Shown here: positions 1-11,560 of the stretch, in pieces
Layout of the letters: each line of letters starts with the position of its first letter
Position numbering within the stretch: position 1 is the first letter of the stretch
DNA from: an uncultured virus (IMG/VR IMGVR_UViG_2049941000_000100)
Taxonomy: Duplodnaviria; Heunggongvirae; Uroviricota; Caudoviricetes
Strand: one strand, 5' to 3'
Length of the DNA: 64,000 bases
IMG/VR virus record: IMGVR_UViG_2049941000_000100
Notes under the pieces: generated by a model
Seen by the model: only the letters and a program-made list of their open reading frames with translations
Told to the model about the DNA's origin: nothing
The model's database searches: none
Translations under genes and position numbers: made by a program

Positions 1-1
1 A

Positions 2-1600
2 ACTGGTACTGAATATAGTGATGTAGATTTAAATTCATTAAGTAGAAGCTTAACATATAATTTTAGAGTTGTTTATACTTGTAATAGTATATCTGCTAAT
101 AGTGGTAATACAGAGACGCGAACTAGAGCAATGGATATGACTCCGACAAATTTAAAAGTAACTAAGCAAAGTACTTCTAGTTATATTAATCCTTATACAG
201 ATACTATTTTTACTATAGAATTTGGTGGGTAGCCTACAGATTTTATTAATAATAATGATACCGCAGCAACGGCTTCAAGTAGAGTTTATCCAGCTAGTAC
301 TAAAACCATTTATTATGCTACCTTTAAATATGGAAATAATAACGAGGAAAATATTACGAATAATGCTGGGTCTAACAGTGGTGGAACTGTAACCATTCCT
401 ATGAGACTTGATAATTGGTCTACTGCCGATTGGATTAAATGTATTAATGGTATAGGTAGTACATCAGCACCAAATTATAATACGAGTACTACTGATGGGC
501 ATTATGATATTACTTTAACTGTTACAGCTAAAAATTCATTTGGCGAAACTTTTCCACAAACAAAAACAGTTTCTCTAAATTTTGCAGAAGGAATTTATAC
601 TGTTGGAACTGCTTCATTAGAAATGAAAATGTTTAATAATAGTTGGAAAGCTATACCATCTAGTTATAATGGTAAAACTGGCTTGAGCCGTTATCAAGCA
701 TTTGAGACACAGACTTTACGTATAAATTATAGCGGGTTAAAGACTTATGCTAATTAGACCGCTACAATTTCTCTTATAGAAACTGATAAGAATAATAATA
801 GTACGACTGTTGGAACTAAATAGATTACTGCTTCAGATTGGACGGCACCTTCTGGAACTGGAGTTAATAATCATGCGTATACTTTAACCAATAATTGTTA
901 GATTGAATATAAAATTCCAAAAACAACCGCTACTTCTTATAATACTTTAACAAAAAGTTATTCGTTATCTATATAGTTATAGAATGGTAAAAGTGGGACT
1001 TGCGCGAGTGGGAATAATTTAGATTCTATTTTCATTGTCAGAACCAACACTTTAACAATAACGCCTTAGGCGACTATATCTAGTAATTTTTCGTTAACTA
1101 GCGCTACATTAAATAATAATCAATTTTCAATAAATTGGAGCTGTTCAGATTTTGGAAGTATTAATCCTAGTGGTACTTCTACTAAATATAGCTCTGGTTA
1201 TTCTAGCGTTTCGGTGCAACTTAAGTATAGTGCCATGGCAAGTAGTGGGTATCAAAATTTAGGGAGTTCTTAGGTATTACTTGATAGAATGGTAAGCCCA
1301 GTTGTAGATAATTGTAGTGCTGGTAGTGGTTCTTTATCTGCTACTGCCAATATCAGTTTAGATACCATATATATAGGTGCTGTATTAACTGTAACTTAGA
1401 ATTTTATAAAAATAGACGGTGTTGCGCCAGCTGGCACTACAGTTTTTACTTACACTTGTTTAAATTAGAAGATTATATATAAAGATGTCCCTAATTTATT
1501 GTATGGAATAAATTTCTTTGCATTAAATGCGAATTAGCCTATTGGGGGAAAAACTGATTAGGTATTAGAGTTACATAGTACTAAAGATGGCACAAATTAG
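2..1600 (+). CDS. Ser/Thr/Asn-rich tail or virion-associated protein, internal fragment (TAG=Gln)
   Basis: Frame 2 is open from the window edge to the gap apart from TAG codons (e.g. 230, 755). Composition suggests beta-rich structure. Includes track ORF 401..757. Confidence 0.7.
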
Positions 1601-1610
1601 NNNNNNNNNN

Positions 1611-1743
1611 GGATAAGATAGATGAACTTAATAAATTAGAAGTAAATCTTAGTTATATCCCCGAATTTACTCTTGATGAATTAGAACCACTTAACTTAGA
1701 AATGAAGTATATAAGTCTTTTACTTCCATATATTAAAGATTAA
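1611..1743 (+). CDS. C-terminal fragment of a small acidic protein, probably the end of the gene that starts at 4031
   Basis: Reads DKIDELNKLEVNLSYIPEFTLDELEPLNLEMKYISLLLPYIKD* after a gap. Composition matches the 4031 N-terminus, not the preceding ORF. Confidence 0.5.
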
Positions 1744-1751
1744 TTTAATAC

Positions 1752-1866
1752 TAATACTAGATTGACATAAGGGCTAGTATTATGCTTATCGCGCGGAATG
1801 TTTAAATCCCAACTATTAGAGATTCCAAAACCTCCATTCCGCGCGATTTTTATTGGAGGAAAAATG
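1752..1866 (+). promoter_or_regulatory. Structured leader: two hairpins plus an anti-SD segment upstream of ATG 1864
   Basis: TAATACTAG/CTAGTATTA (1752-60/1774-82); perfect 13-bp stem ATCGCGCGGAATG/CATTCCGCGCGAT (1788-1800/1835-47); CCTCCA 1831-36 is complementary to TGGAGG 1854-59. Confidence 0.55.
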
Positions 1867-2028
1867 GCGAATAGAATTNNNNNNNNNNTCAATAACTAAT
1901 AAAACTAAAGTAATAATTGACACAGTAAATGAAACAGTAAATGGCACGAATGTTGTAAAAACATTAACTTATGCTGTAAATGGCAATGGTTATTGTTGTC
2001 TTACGGTGAGCTAAAGGAGAAATAAATT

Positions 2029-3850
2029 ATGGCAACAATTAATATAAGTTCAAAAATATCTTATTATAATTCAGGTACTAGAAGCACAAGCGGGACAGCA
2101 AATAGTACTGGAAGCACCGAAGCAAGTGCAAAAAGTAATGCCAAGACTGCGGCTACGAATTTAGCGAATGCGGTTAGTGGAGGGACTCCTAATAGTGGTG
2201 GTAGTTCCTCTACTACCGATTTAAAATTTGGAAGTAGCTATGGCAGTGTTAGCGGTGGCGCTGGTTCTCCTGGCGCGACTTATGACCCCGTTAATAGAGT
2301 TTATGAAGGTTTCTGTACTTATAGTTCTAGTCGTACTAGTACAATGTATTAGCTAAAATTAGTATTTACTATTCCCACTGGTTTGACCGCAGCAAATATA
2401 CAAACTGCTACTATATCTTTTACTGCCACAGCGAGTCATACTACTGATACAGAATATCGTATATGCGCGCCAAAGACTACATCAGAACAAACTAATTATT
2501 AGAAGTATAGTGATACTACAATTATAGATACTTCTAAATATGTTAGTTTTACTGCTCCTGGTAATACGAGCGCAAAAACTTATTCTCTTACTATTACGAA
2601 TATTTTTAAGCAATGTATAACTAATGGATAGGGTTGGGTTACTATTTTACTTCCGACAAGTACTCCAGAAGGAAATCGTATAATGACTCTTAGCGGGACG
2701 CCGCAGATTACATACACAGAAAACTATTCTGCTTGTAAGGCACCTACTAGTATTAATTTTACTTCAGCCCAAGGGTCATCTATAGTAAAGCCAGGGGATA
2801 CTTTAACTATTTCATGGAGTGGCGCAGATGGAGGTACCAATAATGCTATATCTGGTTATGATATATATTATAAGATAGGTAGCGCGCCAACTACGTCTTC
2901 ATATACGGATATGGCAAGTGTTAGTTCTACCTCTACTTCTAGTTCAAAAAGTTTTACTGTACCTTCTAGTGCGTCTAATAATAGGGGTAATGCATTTTAT
3001 GCGATGGTTAGAACGAAAGGTGCGGCAGGCGCGTCTTATTATTCTGGTTGGAAAGAAAGTAATGGCGGAAAAGTTAATTCTCTTCCAGGTGCCCCAACAA
3101 TAGTGGCAGATAAAAGTCGAATATTTAGTACGGGTACAACTAGAGTAACTTTTACTACGGTAACCGCTGGGACTGATAATGATACTGGTTAGAATTTAGA
3201 GGTATGGTATAATACAGATGGAACCAGCTGGACAGGTAACAATTGTAAAAAAGCGACTAATGGAACGTATGTAGACCTTAGTACAGCTACAACTTTTTAT
3301 TTTAAAACTTGGGATGGATTAGAATATAGTAGTGGTTAGGCTACAGTAACTATTGCAAAAAATATAAAACCAGTTATTAGTAATTTTTCAATGGAAGCTA
3401 TAACCACTTATTCTCCTAATTCTGGTAGTAATGCTCATGCTTATGTAAAAAATATAAAACTTACTGTACCAACTATAACTAAATATAGCTCTGGCTCTAT
3501 TGCTTCTTATAGCTGGCGCTTTATTACAGCGACATGTAATAATACACCCAGTAGTGTTTAGAGTCCTTTTGGAAGCTCTTCTACAGGATACACAAATTTA
3601 GATGTTACTGCAAATGGTATAGGTTTTAATACGTCCTATAAAGTTAGATTAGTAGTTACAGACGATATAGGAGAATCTTCTGACGCTAAAGATAGTAGTA
3701 ATATTTTTTGTATTCCTGCAGTTCCAAATATTGCTATAATCAACCAAAAATCAGAAAGTAATGTTAGTACTGCTAATTTAAGTCATTTTGGCAGATATAT
3801 TAGAATTTATTATAAAATTAATAATACTAATGTTAATAATACTGGATTAA
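2029..3850 (+). CDS. Large Ser/Thr-rich tail protein with Fn3/Ig-like segments, 3' end lost in gap (TAG=Gln)
   Basis: AGGAG RBS. Track ORFs 2029 and 2683 are in the same frame and separated only by TAG codons. LTISWSGA..ISGYDIYY..FYAMVRTKG is Fn3-like. Confidence 0.75.
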
Positions 3851-3959
3851 CNNNNNNNNNNTATTTTAATAATGCTGATACTTATTTTGCTATTACTGGT
3901 GATGGATTAGAAATAGATTGCGGCAGTTGGAGTTAAATTTTAAAAATATAAATTAAAAT

Positions 3960-3988
3960 TTGCAATTTTTTCTATTCTATGGTATAAT
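3960..3988 (+). promoter_or_regulatory. Sigma-70/sigma-A promoter with extended -10
   Basis: TTGCAA-N17-TATAAT with TGn before the -10 box; upstream of ATG 4031. Confidence 0.8.
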
Positions 3989-4030
3989 ATTAATAGGATA
4001 GAAAATAACTTAATGTGAGGTTTTAGCGTA

Positions 4031-4112
4031 ATGAAATTTTCTGAGGCATTTGAAGTGCTTGAAATTCGTAATTTATTAGTAGACCAAAAGCTTCCGATAA
4101 AGGTTAGCTATA
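4031..4112 (+). CDS. N-terminus of a small hypothetical protein, truncated by gap
   Basis: Promoter, GAGG RBS, then MKFSEAFEVLEIRNLLVDQKLPIKVSY. Confidence 0.6.
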
Positions 4113-4249
4113 NNNNNNNNNNNNNNNNNNNNNNNNNNNNNNNNNNNNNNNNNNNNNNNNNNNNNNNNNNNNNNNNNNNNNNNNNNNNNNNNNNNNNNNN
4201 NNNNNNNNNNNNNNNNNNNNNNNNNNNNNNNNNNNNNNNNNNNNNNNTA

Positions 4250-5212
4250 CATGATAGTAGTGAATTATATTTATATAAACGATGGAAGAGTAGTGGGACT
4301 TGGAGTAGTTGGACGAAGATGAATGCTGGCTATGCAGATAGTGCAGGCAGTGCTACTAGCGCAGGCTATGCAAATAAGTTAGGTACATCAACAATTGGAA
4401 GCAGTGCTCGTCCAATTTATTTAAGTAGCGGTGTTCCTACTTAGTGTGCTACTCCAACTAGTGGTAGTTATTTTGGTGGAGTACCTTATGTTGCCAATGA
4501 TGGTGTTATGGAAGTTGGAAAATATATTGATTTTCATAATAGTAATACTGGCACTACTGATTATGATGTACGCTTAACTGCAACTACACAATTAACTAGT
4601 AGTGCTACAATTGAGGCAAATGGATTAATTAAAACAACGTTAAATTCTAATACAGTAACTATTGGTTCTCAAAATGCAAGTTTCTGCCATATTTATAATA
4701 GCGCCTCTATTCCTTTTATTTTTAATAATAGTGTATTAACAACAGGTGGTAATTTAGGTGATTCAACCTATCCTTTTGATAATTTAATATTAGGTCGTTC
4801 AAATGGAGCTGGTATTTATTATAAAGGAACAAAAAATACATATCGTATGATTCGTTTTATTGATAATACTTCTGATATTTATGGCAATGGTATTTCTATT
4901 GGTGGTGGTGGACAAACCATTATTGGTGGTGGAGAAAGTGCAGATGCTTTAGTAGGTCAAGCCGGTACAGCTGGTGCAGAAGTTATGTGGATATGCAACG
5001 ATGGGGATATTGATTTTTTTCCTGGCTAGTAGGATGGATATAATGCAGCTTAGAAGATGACTTTAAATACTTCTGGCAATTTACTTTTACATAATGGAGC
5101 TAATGCAGTTATTGCCAGTTCAAATTCTACCGCTCGTAAAATATGGGTAACTACCTCATCTTCTTATTCTTCTAGTTACGCTAATGGCGATATAGTTCTT
5201 GTAAAAGCATAA
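4250..5212 (+). CDS. Tail fibre protein, C-terminal part (TAG=Gln)
   Basis: WSSWTK, AGYADSAGSATSA and GVMEVGKYIDFH..DYDVRL are typical tail-fibre segments. Continuous through TAG to TAA 5210-12. Confidence 0.75.
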
Positions 5213-5226
5213 TTGGAGATTAAACT

Positions 5227-6093
5227 ATGGCTAGAACTTATACTCTTACTGGAACTCTTAATACTGGTAAAGCTAATAGTATTTCTAATGATAACTGGTC
5301 TGATTTTTCTACTTAGGCAGATGCCGCGGACTAGGGGTCTGTAGGAAAAGATGGCAGATATTTTGTAACAAATATATTATTTGATTCAACTACTCTTACT
5401 AGTCTCAGAAGTAAAACTATTAGTTCAATTACTCTTACTTTAACTCCTGGCGCTCTTGAAAGAAATATAAATTTTTTAGGTTGCTATAAACTTAATAGTA
5501 CTTCTACTAGTTGGACAAGGTCCGATAAAGATTCTAATGCTGCGGATGCTTCGGCTTCAAGTGTTTTATTTGAGTTTAATCCAAATGGTCATACTACTCA
5601 ATTTACTATTTCTAATAAAACAGGCGTTCTTACAGTCCCCAAATATGGATTGGTAATTGGCCCGGCAACTTCTAACGTAAATAGTAGATGGATATTTACC
5701 GCGGCCACACTTACAGTAGTTACTACTGAATCTTTAACTTTATCATATAATGGCAACGGCAGCGGCTCTACAAATGTTCCTAGTTCTTCGACAAGTGATG
5801 GTAATCCAAATCATACTTTTACTATTTCAACGACTAGACCAACTCGCACGGGGTATAGTTTTTTAGGATGGAGTAAATCATCCACTGCAACAACGGCTTC
5901 ATATTAGCCAGGGGGTACTATAACTCTTGATAGTAATACTACTTTATATGCTGTGTGGAAGTTAGCTAATACAATACGAATAGCAAATGGTAGTTCATTA
6001 GACTTATATTTAGTTTATGTTGTAGAAAATAATGCTTTGTCTCCGTACTTAGTTCGTGTAGTTAATGGTTCTAGTTTAGATATATATACATAA
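5227..6093 (+). CDS. Virion-associated protein with an InlB B-repeat (Flg_new-like) domain (TAG=Gln)
   Basis: GGAG RBS; LSYNGNG..PTRTGYSFLGWSKS..SY[TAG]PGGTITLDSNTTLYAVWK. Confidence 0.75.
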
Positions 6094-6120
6094 CCTAAAT
6101 TTTAATCTTTTACCGAAAAC

Positions 6121-6154
6121 TTTATACTTATCTATTTAACTCCCTACTTATATA
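6121..6154 (+). promoter_or_regulatory. Putative phage-specific bipartite promoter TTTATA-N17-CTACTTA, copy 1
   Basis: Same motif and spacing upstream of genes at 21561-21590, 37014-37043 and 41723-41752. Confidence 0.65.
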
Positions 6155-6182
6155 TGTAAGACAATAGGGAGGACAATTGAAT

Positions 6183-6524
6183 ATGGCAAACTATAATATG
6201 GCCAGCTACTAGCCTAATGCGTTCTTTATCCAACCTCATGGGAACGTATATTTGATTGGTAGCTCTCTTGAAGTTGCGAATGTTCCGATGAATAACGGAC
6301 TTTCTGTGGCATTATGTTTGAATGAAGGACTTATGTATGTTAAGTCGATGTAGAACGGAGTGCCGAACTTTATGGTTTATAGTATTGCTCCATATGAGAA
6401 AAAAGATAACAATACATAGTCCTCAGTAGATACTAAGTCTTCTGAGGACTTTTTGTTATCTAAAATTGGAGCATTAGAAAAAAAGATTGAAGAAATAGGA
6501 GGCAAATTAAATGAATTATTATAA
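6183..6524 (+). CDS. Hypothetical protein, first gene of a 5-gene operon (3 TAG codons)
   Basis: GGAGG RBS; MANYNMASYQPNAFFIQPHGNVYLIGSSLEVANVPM..., ends with TAA. Absent from the ORF track. Confidence 0.75.
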
Positions 6525-6711
6525 TAATATGGGAATGTAGTTTCCACGCACCTAGGGTTATCAATAGAGATAGATAGACCCGCAAAAGTTTAAATAGTTA
6601 GCCCATAATTTAAATGATAATTTACTTAATTAGCTCGCATAGCGGGCGCGCCTTCAAGGTATATCGGAGGAAGATATACAAAGAGGATTAGAAATAATCC
6701 ATAGAATGTAA
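6511..6711 (+). CDS. Small Gln-rich hypothetical protein (7 TAG in 66 codons)
   Basis: GGAGG RBS; MNYYNNMGMQFPRTQGYQQRQIDPQKFKQLAHNLNDNLLNQLAQRARLQGISEEDIQRGLEIIHRM*. Confidence 0.75.
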
Positions 6712-6769
6712 GATATAAAAACTTCAGGCGCCGAAGTTTTATATATAAATAAGGGAGGAAAAATTGAAT

Positions 6770-7459
6770 ATGGATAGTGGACTTTCTGCGGCCGATGTAA
6801 TGGCCATGACGAAAGATAACGGGATGGCAGATTGGTGTAATAATCCTTTCATATATCTCGTATGGTTGGCCCTGCTTGGCGGCGGTGGCATTTTTGGTGG
6901 ATGGGGTAACGGCTATGGTGCCGGTAATAATCCCTCCGTTGAAGGTTCTTTAACTCGTTCCGCGCTTTATGAGACAAATAATAGCCAGGATATATTCCGT
7001 AATTTCGGAGAGTTAGCTAGTGAACTTTCTAACTTTGAGCGTGTTGCTACTGATGCTTGGGGCAATATTCGCTATGATATGCTTGGTGGGTTCTGCAACG
7101 TAGGTCAGCAAATTGCGGAGAATCGTTATGCCCAGTAGTTAGCTAATTGCGGCATCGAGCGCAATATTGATAGCGTAAAGGCCGAAGCTTATAAGAATAC
7201 TTGCGAGATTACTACGGCCATCCATGACGAAGCTGAAGCTACTCGCGCGCTTATTACTGCGAACACTATGCAGGACCTCAGAGATAAACTCGCAGACCGT
7301 GACCGTCAGCTTCAGGCGGCTAACTTCGAAATTAGTCAGTAGACTTAGACCGCTAATATTATTGATAATCTGCGGCCTGTATCTCGTCCGGCATATATTA
7401 CTTGCTCTCCTTACGCTTCTGTTAATAATGGTTGCGGTTGCGGTTGCATGGGGGCTTAA
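6770..7459 (+). CDS. Protein with hydrophobic/Gly-rich N-terminus, coiled coil and C-terminal GCGCGC motif (TAG=Gln)
   Basis: GGGAGG RBS; NPFIYLVWLALLGGGGIFGGWG..YKNTCEITTAIHDEAEATRALI..LRPVSRPAYITCSPY..NNGCGCGC*. Resembles a recurrent uncharacterised family from Firmicutes phages and prophages. Confidence 0.8.
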
Positions 7460-7491
7460 GTTATTTAAGCGTCTTAAGGAGGGACTAAAAT

Positions 7492-7911
7492 ATGTTAGAT
7501 ATTGTTAGTTTGGCGGAACAAACGCTAACTTCCGGGTCTAACATAAGTTTTGATACTAATAGAGTAGCGACCAGTTGTACTGCGCAGCATACAGCTGGTT
7601 CGCCCTCTATAGTATTAAATAGACCTGGTTATTACTTTATAGGATTTAGTGCGATAGCGACGGCAAGTAACGCAACAGAAACTACCCCTATTACAGTTTA
7701 GCTCTATAATGAGGATGATTTGATTTAGGGCGCGACTGCGAGTAGTTTATCTGCGGCGGATACCGATACTGTTAATTTGGCTTTTTCTACTATTGTTCGT
7801 ATTCGTCCATCTTGTTGTATGATTGATAATACTGGGATTTTAACTTTTAAATCTACTGGCGCGGATGCAGTATTTACTACTCCGAACGTGGTCGTATTTT
7901 ATATCGACTAA
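7492..7911 (+). CDS. Small beta-sandwich protein, BclA-CTD/C1q-like (TAG=Gln)
   Basis: QTLTSGSNISF..IVLNRPGYYFIGFSA..ITVQLY..NLAFSTIVRI pattern; AGGAGG RBS; TAA end. Confidence 0.65.
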
Positions 7912-7922
7912 GAGGTAGACTT

Positions 7923-8225
7923 ATGTTAAAGTTGAAAGCGCTGTATTGTAAGATGATGGATGATTTGAAAGATAGCGGAATGTGGATTGAGTGGGCTTAT
8001 GAATTAAAAGATAAGGACCCAGATGTGGCTAAGTTTCTAATTACTTCTGCAAATGAAAGACTTGAAAAGACNNNNNNNNNNNNNNNNNNNNNNNNNNNNG
8101 CCGAATCCAAAAAAATGTTTATGGACCATGTAAAGGATGAGAATAGTATGTTGAAATAGTTGATGGAAGACCATATGGATAGTTGGTGTATGGAAATGAA
8201 AGAGAAAGTTAGAAATTTTAAATAA
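7923..8225 (+). CDS. Helical hypothetical protein, possibly a ferritin-like four-helix bundle
   Basis: GAGG RBS; reads through TAG 8157 to TAA 8223-25; contains an internal gap. Confidence 0.65.
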
Positions 8226-8229
8226 TAAA

Positions 8230-8257
8230 AAAAGAAGAGGTTTATACCTCTTCTTTT
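8230..8257. terminator. Bidirectional intrinsic terminator
   Basis: AAAAGAAGAGG-tttata-CCTCTTCTTTT between convergent genes. Confidence 0.85.
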
Positions 8258-8260
8258 AAT

Positions 8261-8986
8261 TTACTCCCAATTTTGAACCACTCGCTTTTTCCCATAAACT
8301 TCCGCAGTGTACTTTCCAATACCGATGGCGTCCGCTTCATCTTCGCTTGCGTTTACTCCGTGCCATTCGCGCGCGAGAGACTGCATAGATTTTTTCTTAG
8401 CTTCCCGGGTTTGGCCTTTAACACCGCAATGCGCGCGCCAGGTATTTGTGGGGCAGATTATAAATTCTACTTTATTTTCATATGCGGCCTCCATAAGGAT
8501 GCCTTGGAGTCGCGCTAAAGTTTCAAAAGTAGTAACTCCTATATTACGAGAAGCGTTCTACTAAAGCTAAAGTCCTTCAATACCGATTAAATCAATACCC
8601 CAATTCTCTATCATAGAACATAACCACATTTTAGTTATATGATTGCGTTCTATTTCGGTATTTCCAATAGAATTAAATATTCCAAATTTAGTAAGCGCGC
8701 CATCAGTATAAATGGAGAACCCAGTTATATGGGTAGCTTGGTCGAGTCCTAGTACTCTAAAACTTCCCTTGGGTTTAGGAATTACTTTCATATCGAATAG
8801 TGGTGCTTTCTCCCTACATATCGGGCACTCGGCGCGCTATCGAATTTTCTTCCAAGTAGAAAATACTTTATGGCCGGCTGGACATTCAAAAGATAGTTCG
8901 CTATCTAGATTTTTATAAGAAGTAGATAATATTTTCCAGCCCTCTGGAAGCTATTCCTAGATAGTAGTAATATTTATGGAAGCCAT
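8261..8986 (-). CDS. RuvC-like Holliday junction resolvase with N-terminal Zn-ribbon (TAG=Gln)
   Basis: VLGLDQATHITG, IGIEG and DEADAIGIG acidic catalytic motifs; CPAGH..CPIC N-terminus. Joins track ORFs 8261 and 8567. Confidence 0.85.
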
Positions 8987-9016
8987 ATTATTTTAATCCT
9001 CCAACTNNNNNNNNNN

Positions 9017-9445
9017 TCCAATCTAATCATAAGTTAAATTGGTGTTAATTAATAAATCACATATTTCAATTACCTACTATTCAGTTAATTTAGCTTCATG
9101 ATTGGTTTCACCAGTACCTTTATTATTTCTAATTGAAGTATTAACATTCCTCTCTAACCATTCTAAATTAGTATAATGATTATTTGAAATATTCCCATCT
9201 ATATGATTTATTGTTGGATCTTTCATGCCTTTTGGTGGTTCGCCTATAAAATGATAAGCAACTAATGTAGCAATTCTAGCATAACATTTATTATTTCTTG
9301 AGCCACCAGATAAATTAACTTTTAAATAGCCATCTTTATCTTTTGCAGGAGACAAATAGTTTTTAGTATAATTAGAATATATATTACCATATTCGTCTAT
9401 TAAATATAGACCTTCTTTTACATTTCTATATTTAACAGGTACCAT
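9017..9445 (-). CDS. HNH homing endonuclease (NUMOD4/HNH_3 type), 3' end in gap
   Basis: LVAYHFIG..TINHIDGNISNNHYTNLEWL; DKDGYLKVNL. Confidence 0.85.
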
Positions 9446-9446
9446 G

Positions 9447-10406
9447 TTAATAAACTCCTGTGCTTCCCCATCCGCCTCCGCGGTCTTCGCCAATTTCACC
9501 TACTTTCTCTACTTTGTATAAAACGGCTTTAGGAACTTCGGAAAGAACTAACTGCGCGAATTTTTGGCCTTTACCGATAGTATAAGAACTTCCATAAAGA
9601 ATAGAAGTTACCTGTAAATGGTCTATTTGCCCATTTTCTATATTCATTACTGGTTCATAAGTTATATCTTTAATAGGAGGTTCTACGTTTTCTATTATGA
9701 CTCCAATCTCATCTCGATAACCAGCATCAACTGTTCCTGGGGCGTTAGCTACACGTAACTTAGTTTTCGCGCTAAGGCCGCTCTTTGGACGCACTTGTAA
9801 TTCGTATCCGGCGGGCAGCGCAACTTTTATACCGATTGGAATAATTTTCTACTCACCGGGCGCGAGGGTAATATCCTCAAGAGCATATACGTCCATTCCA
9901 GAGTCAGATAAATGTGCGTAAGCTGGCTCTTTTGCGTCTTCATGGCATTTTTCATAAGGAATACGAATAAACCGTTTAGAGATACCTTCGGTTTCATTAA
10001 TCGCATTAATAGTCGCGCCCATTAATTGCTTAAGCCAATCTTTCTTAACCTAAGATAATTCTGTTAATTGAGCGTCTATTTCTTTACAAATCTCATCGAA
10101 AGTTTCAGTTAAATCTTCTCCGTTATAACCCTGCGCGGTCATCGCCGCCACAAGCGTAATTCTATCTGCGGGGTTATTTAAAGACCTATTAATTTCATCC
10201 ATAAGAACTGGAGAAATAGCTTTAAACTCTTCGTCTGGCATAGCAAGAAGCGCGCCGAATACTTCGGTCATATCTTGCTCGACTCCCTCGGGAACCATTA
10301 CCTGCGCGATAGCTTTAAAAGCATCGGCTAAAGGATTAACCTCGATGGTTTCATTTTCCGTTTCTACTTTTATTTCCGGAATTTCAATATTATTTTTCTG
10401 TTCCAT
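9447..10406 (-). CDS. dut: Trimeric dUTPase with long acidic N-terminal extension (TAG=Gln)
   Basis: DSGMDVYA, VRPKSGLS, PGTVDAGYRDEIGV, KFAQLV and RGGGWGSTG motifs. In frame with track ORF 10050..10427 through TAG. Confidence 0.9.
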
Positions 10407-10800
10407 TATATCTAAACTCCATCCCATAGGGGCTCTCAGATTTAGTAGGGGTACAATTTATATTACTACAACTATTACAATTTCCTTTATTAGTACAAGT
10501 AGTAGCAGTAGTAGTTGTAGAGAGAGGATTAGAACTAGTAGTAATACTCATAGGAGTAATAGTAGCAGCATCTCCAGTTCCAGTACCATTACAAGTTATT
10601 TTATAATACGGATGATTCCACCAATCGGTATATGGATATCCAATATGGAAGGTACTATTTTTACCTACTTCATATCCTTCGTTATAACCCTTCTTGTGAC
10701 CTTCTGCATAAGCTGCGTCGAGGATTTTCTTTAACTAATCTTCAGTAAACTTTCCATCGGGATGAAAGATATAAAATAAATTCTTATAATTTATGTTCAT
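10390..10800 (-). CDS. Hypothetical protein with Thr/Cys-rich tail
   Basis: AGGAG RBS; 136 codons open with one TAG; AYAEGHKKGYNEGYEVG motif. Confidence 0.7.
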
Positions 10801-10824
10801 ATTTATATTTACTCCTTTAACTCT

Positions 10825-11485
10825 TTATTTTTCATAACAAATAAGTTCTTCTCCATGTGGGAGAGTTTTAATTACATCGCAAAAATCGTGCCATTCTTTA
10901 AGTTTATGGTTGCGGCGTTGGAAGTAGATATTACGAAGTACTTGGTAGTTAGCGGTCCAAGTGCGTTTTTGGTTCCAAGCACTTGGTAAAATTTCTACAA
11001 GCGCGCGCCATATAAGTGGGTCTTTAGTTTTATTATATACTTTACGNNNNNNNNNNTGCAATAATATATTCTTGTAACTCTTTAATAAAGAACTAAGTAT
11101 TTGGGTCTTCAAATTCTTTAAAATTAGTAAAGGAGAATTTATCTAATGTAATTTCTTCACTGGTTAACTTATGCATTGTACTACAAGAATTGGCTACCGT
11201 TCCTACTTTGTAAGTATCCATTTCCTTCCACCAGAAGAATGGAGCTTCAATATCCATAGTAACAAATATCTAACGTAAAAACTTAGCCTCTTCTGGCCCG
11301 CCGCCAATCATACGCTGCGCGAGCTTCATATCGTTAGGACCAATAATAAAAGTATTAGACTTTTCTCCATCATCTTTGTCATATATAAATCCGCTATCGC
11401 TTTTCTCCCAACTATTCATTGGATTTCGAAGCCCACGAAAGGCACCATCAAAATTAAAAACCTAAATATTATCTACTTTAATCAT
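10825..11485 (-). CDS. ThyX-like (flavin-dependent thymidylate synthase-related) protein (TAG=Gln, internal gap)
   Basis: RNPMNSW..KFLRQIFV..APFFWWKEMDTYKVGTVANSCSTMH..LPSAWNQKRTWTANYQVLRNIYFQRRNHKLKEW; lies between glyA and dut. Confidence 0.65.
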
Positions 11486-11531
11486 ATATAGAACTTATTT
11501 ATTACTCCTTATAATATCTCTTACTATATAT

Positions 11532-11560
11532 ATTATATCATAAATTTATTCTTTAGTCAA
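11532..11560 (-). promoter_or_regulatory. Sigma-A promoter for the ThyX-like/dut genes
   Basis: TTGACT-N17-TATAAT with extended -10 TG. Confidence 0.8.

Noticed and set aside
4031..4444. Single 137-aa ORF across the gap
   Set aside because: It joins two unrelated genes. The N-terminus probably continues at 1611..1743.
1..6093. Pseudogenised tail genes with many stops
   Set aside because: The interruptions are TAG codons and the frames are preserved, which recoding explains.
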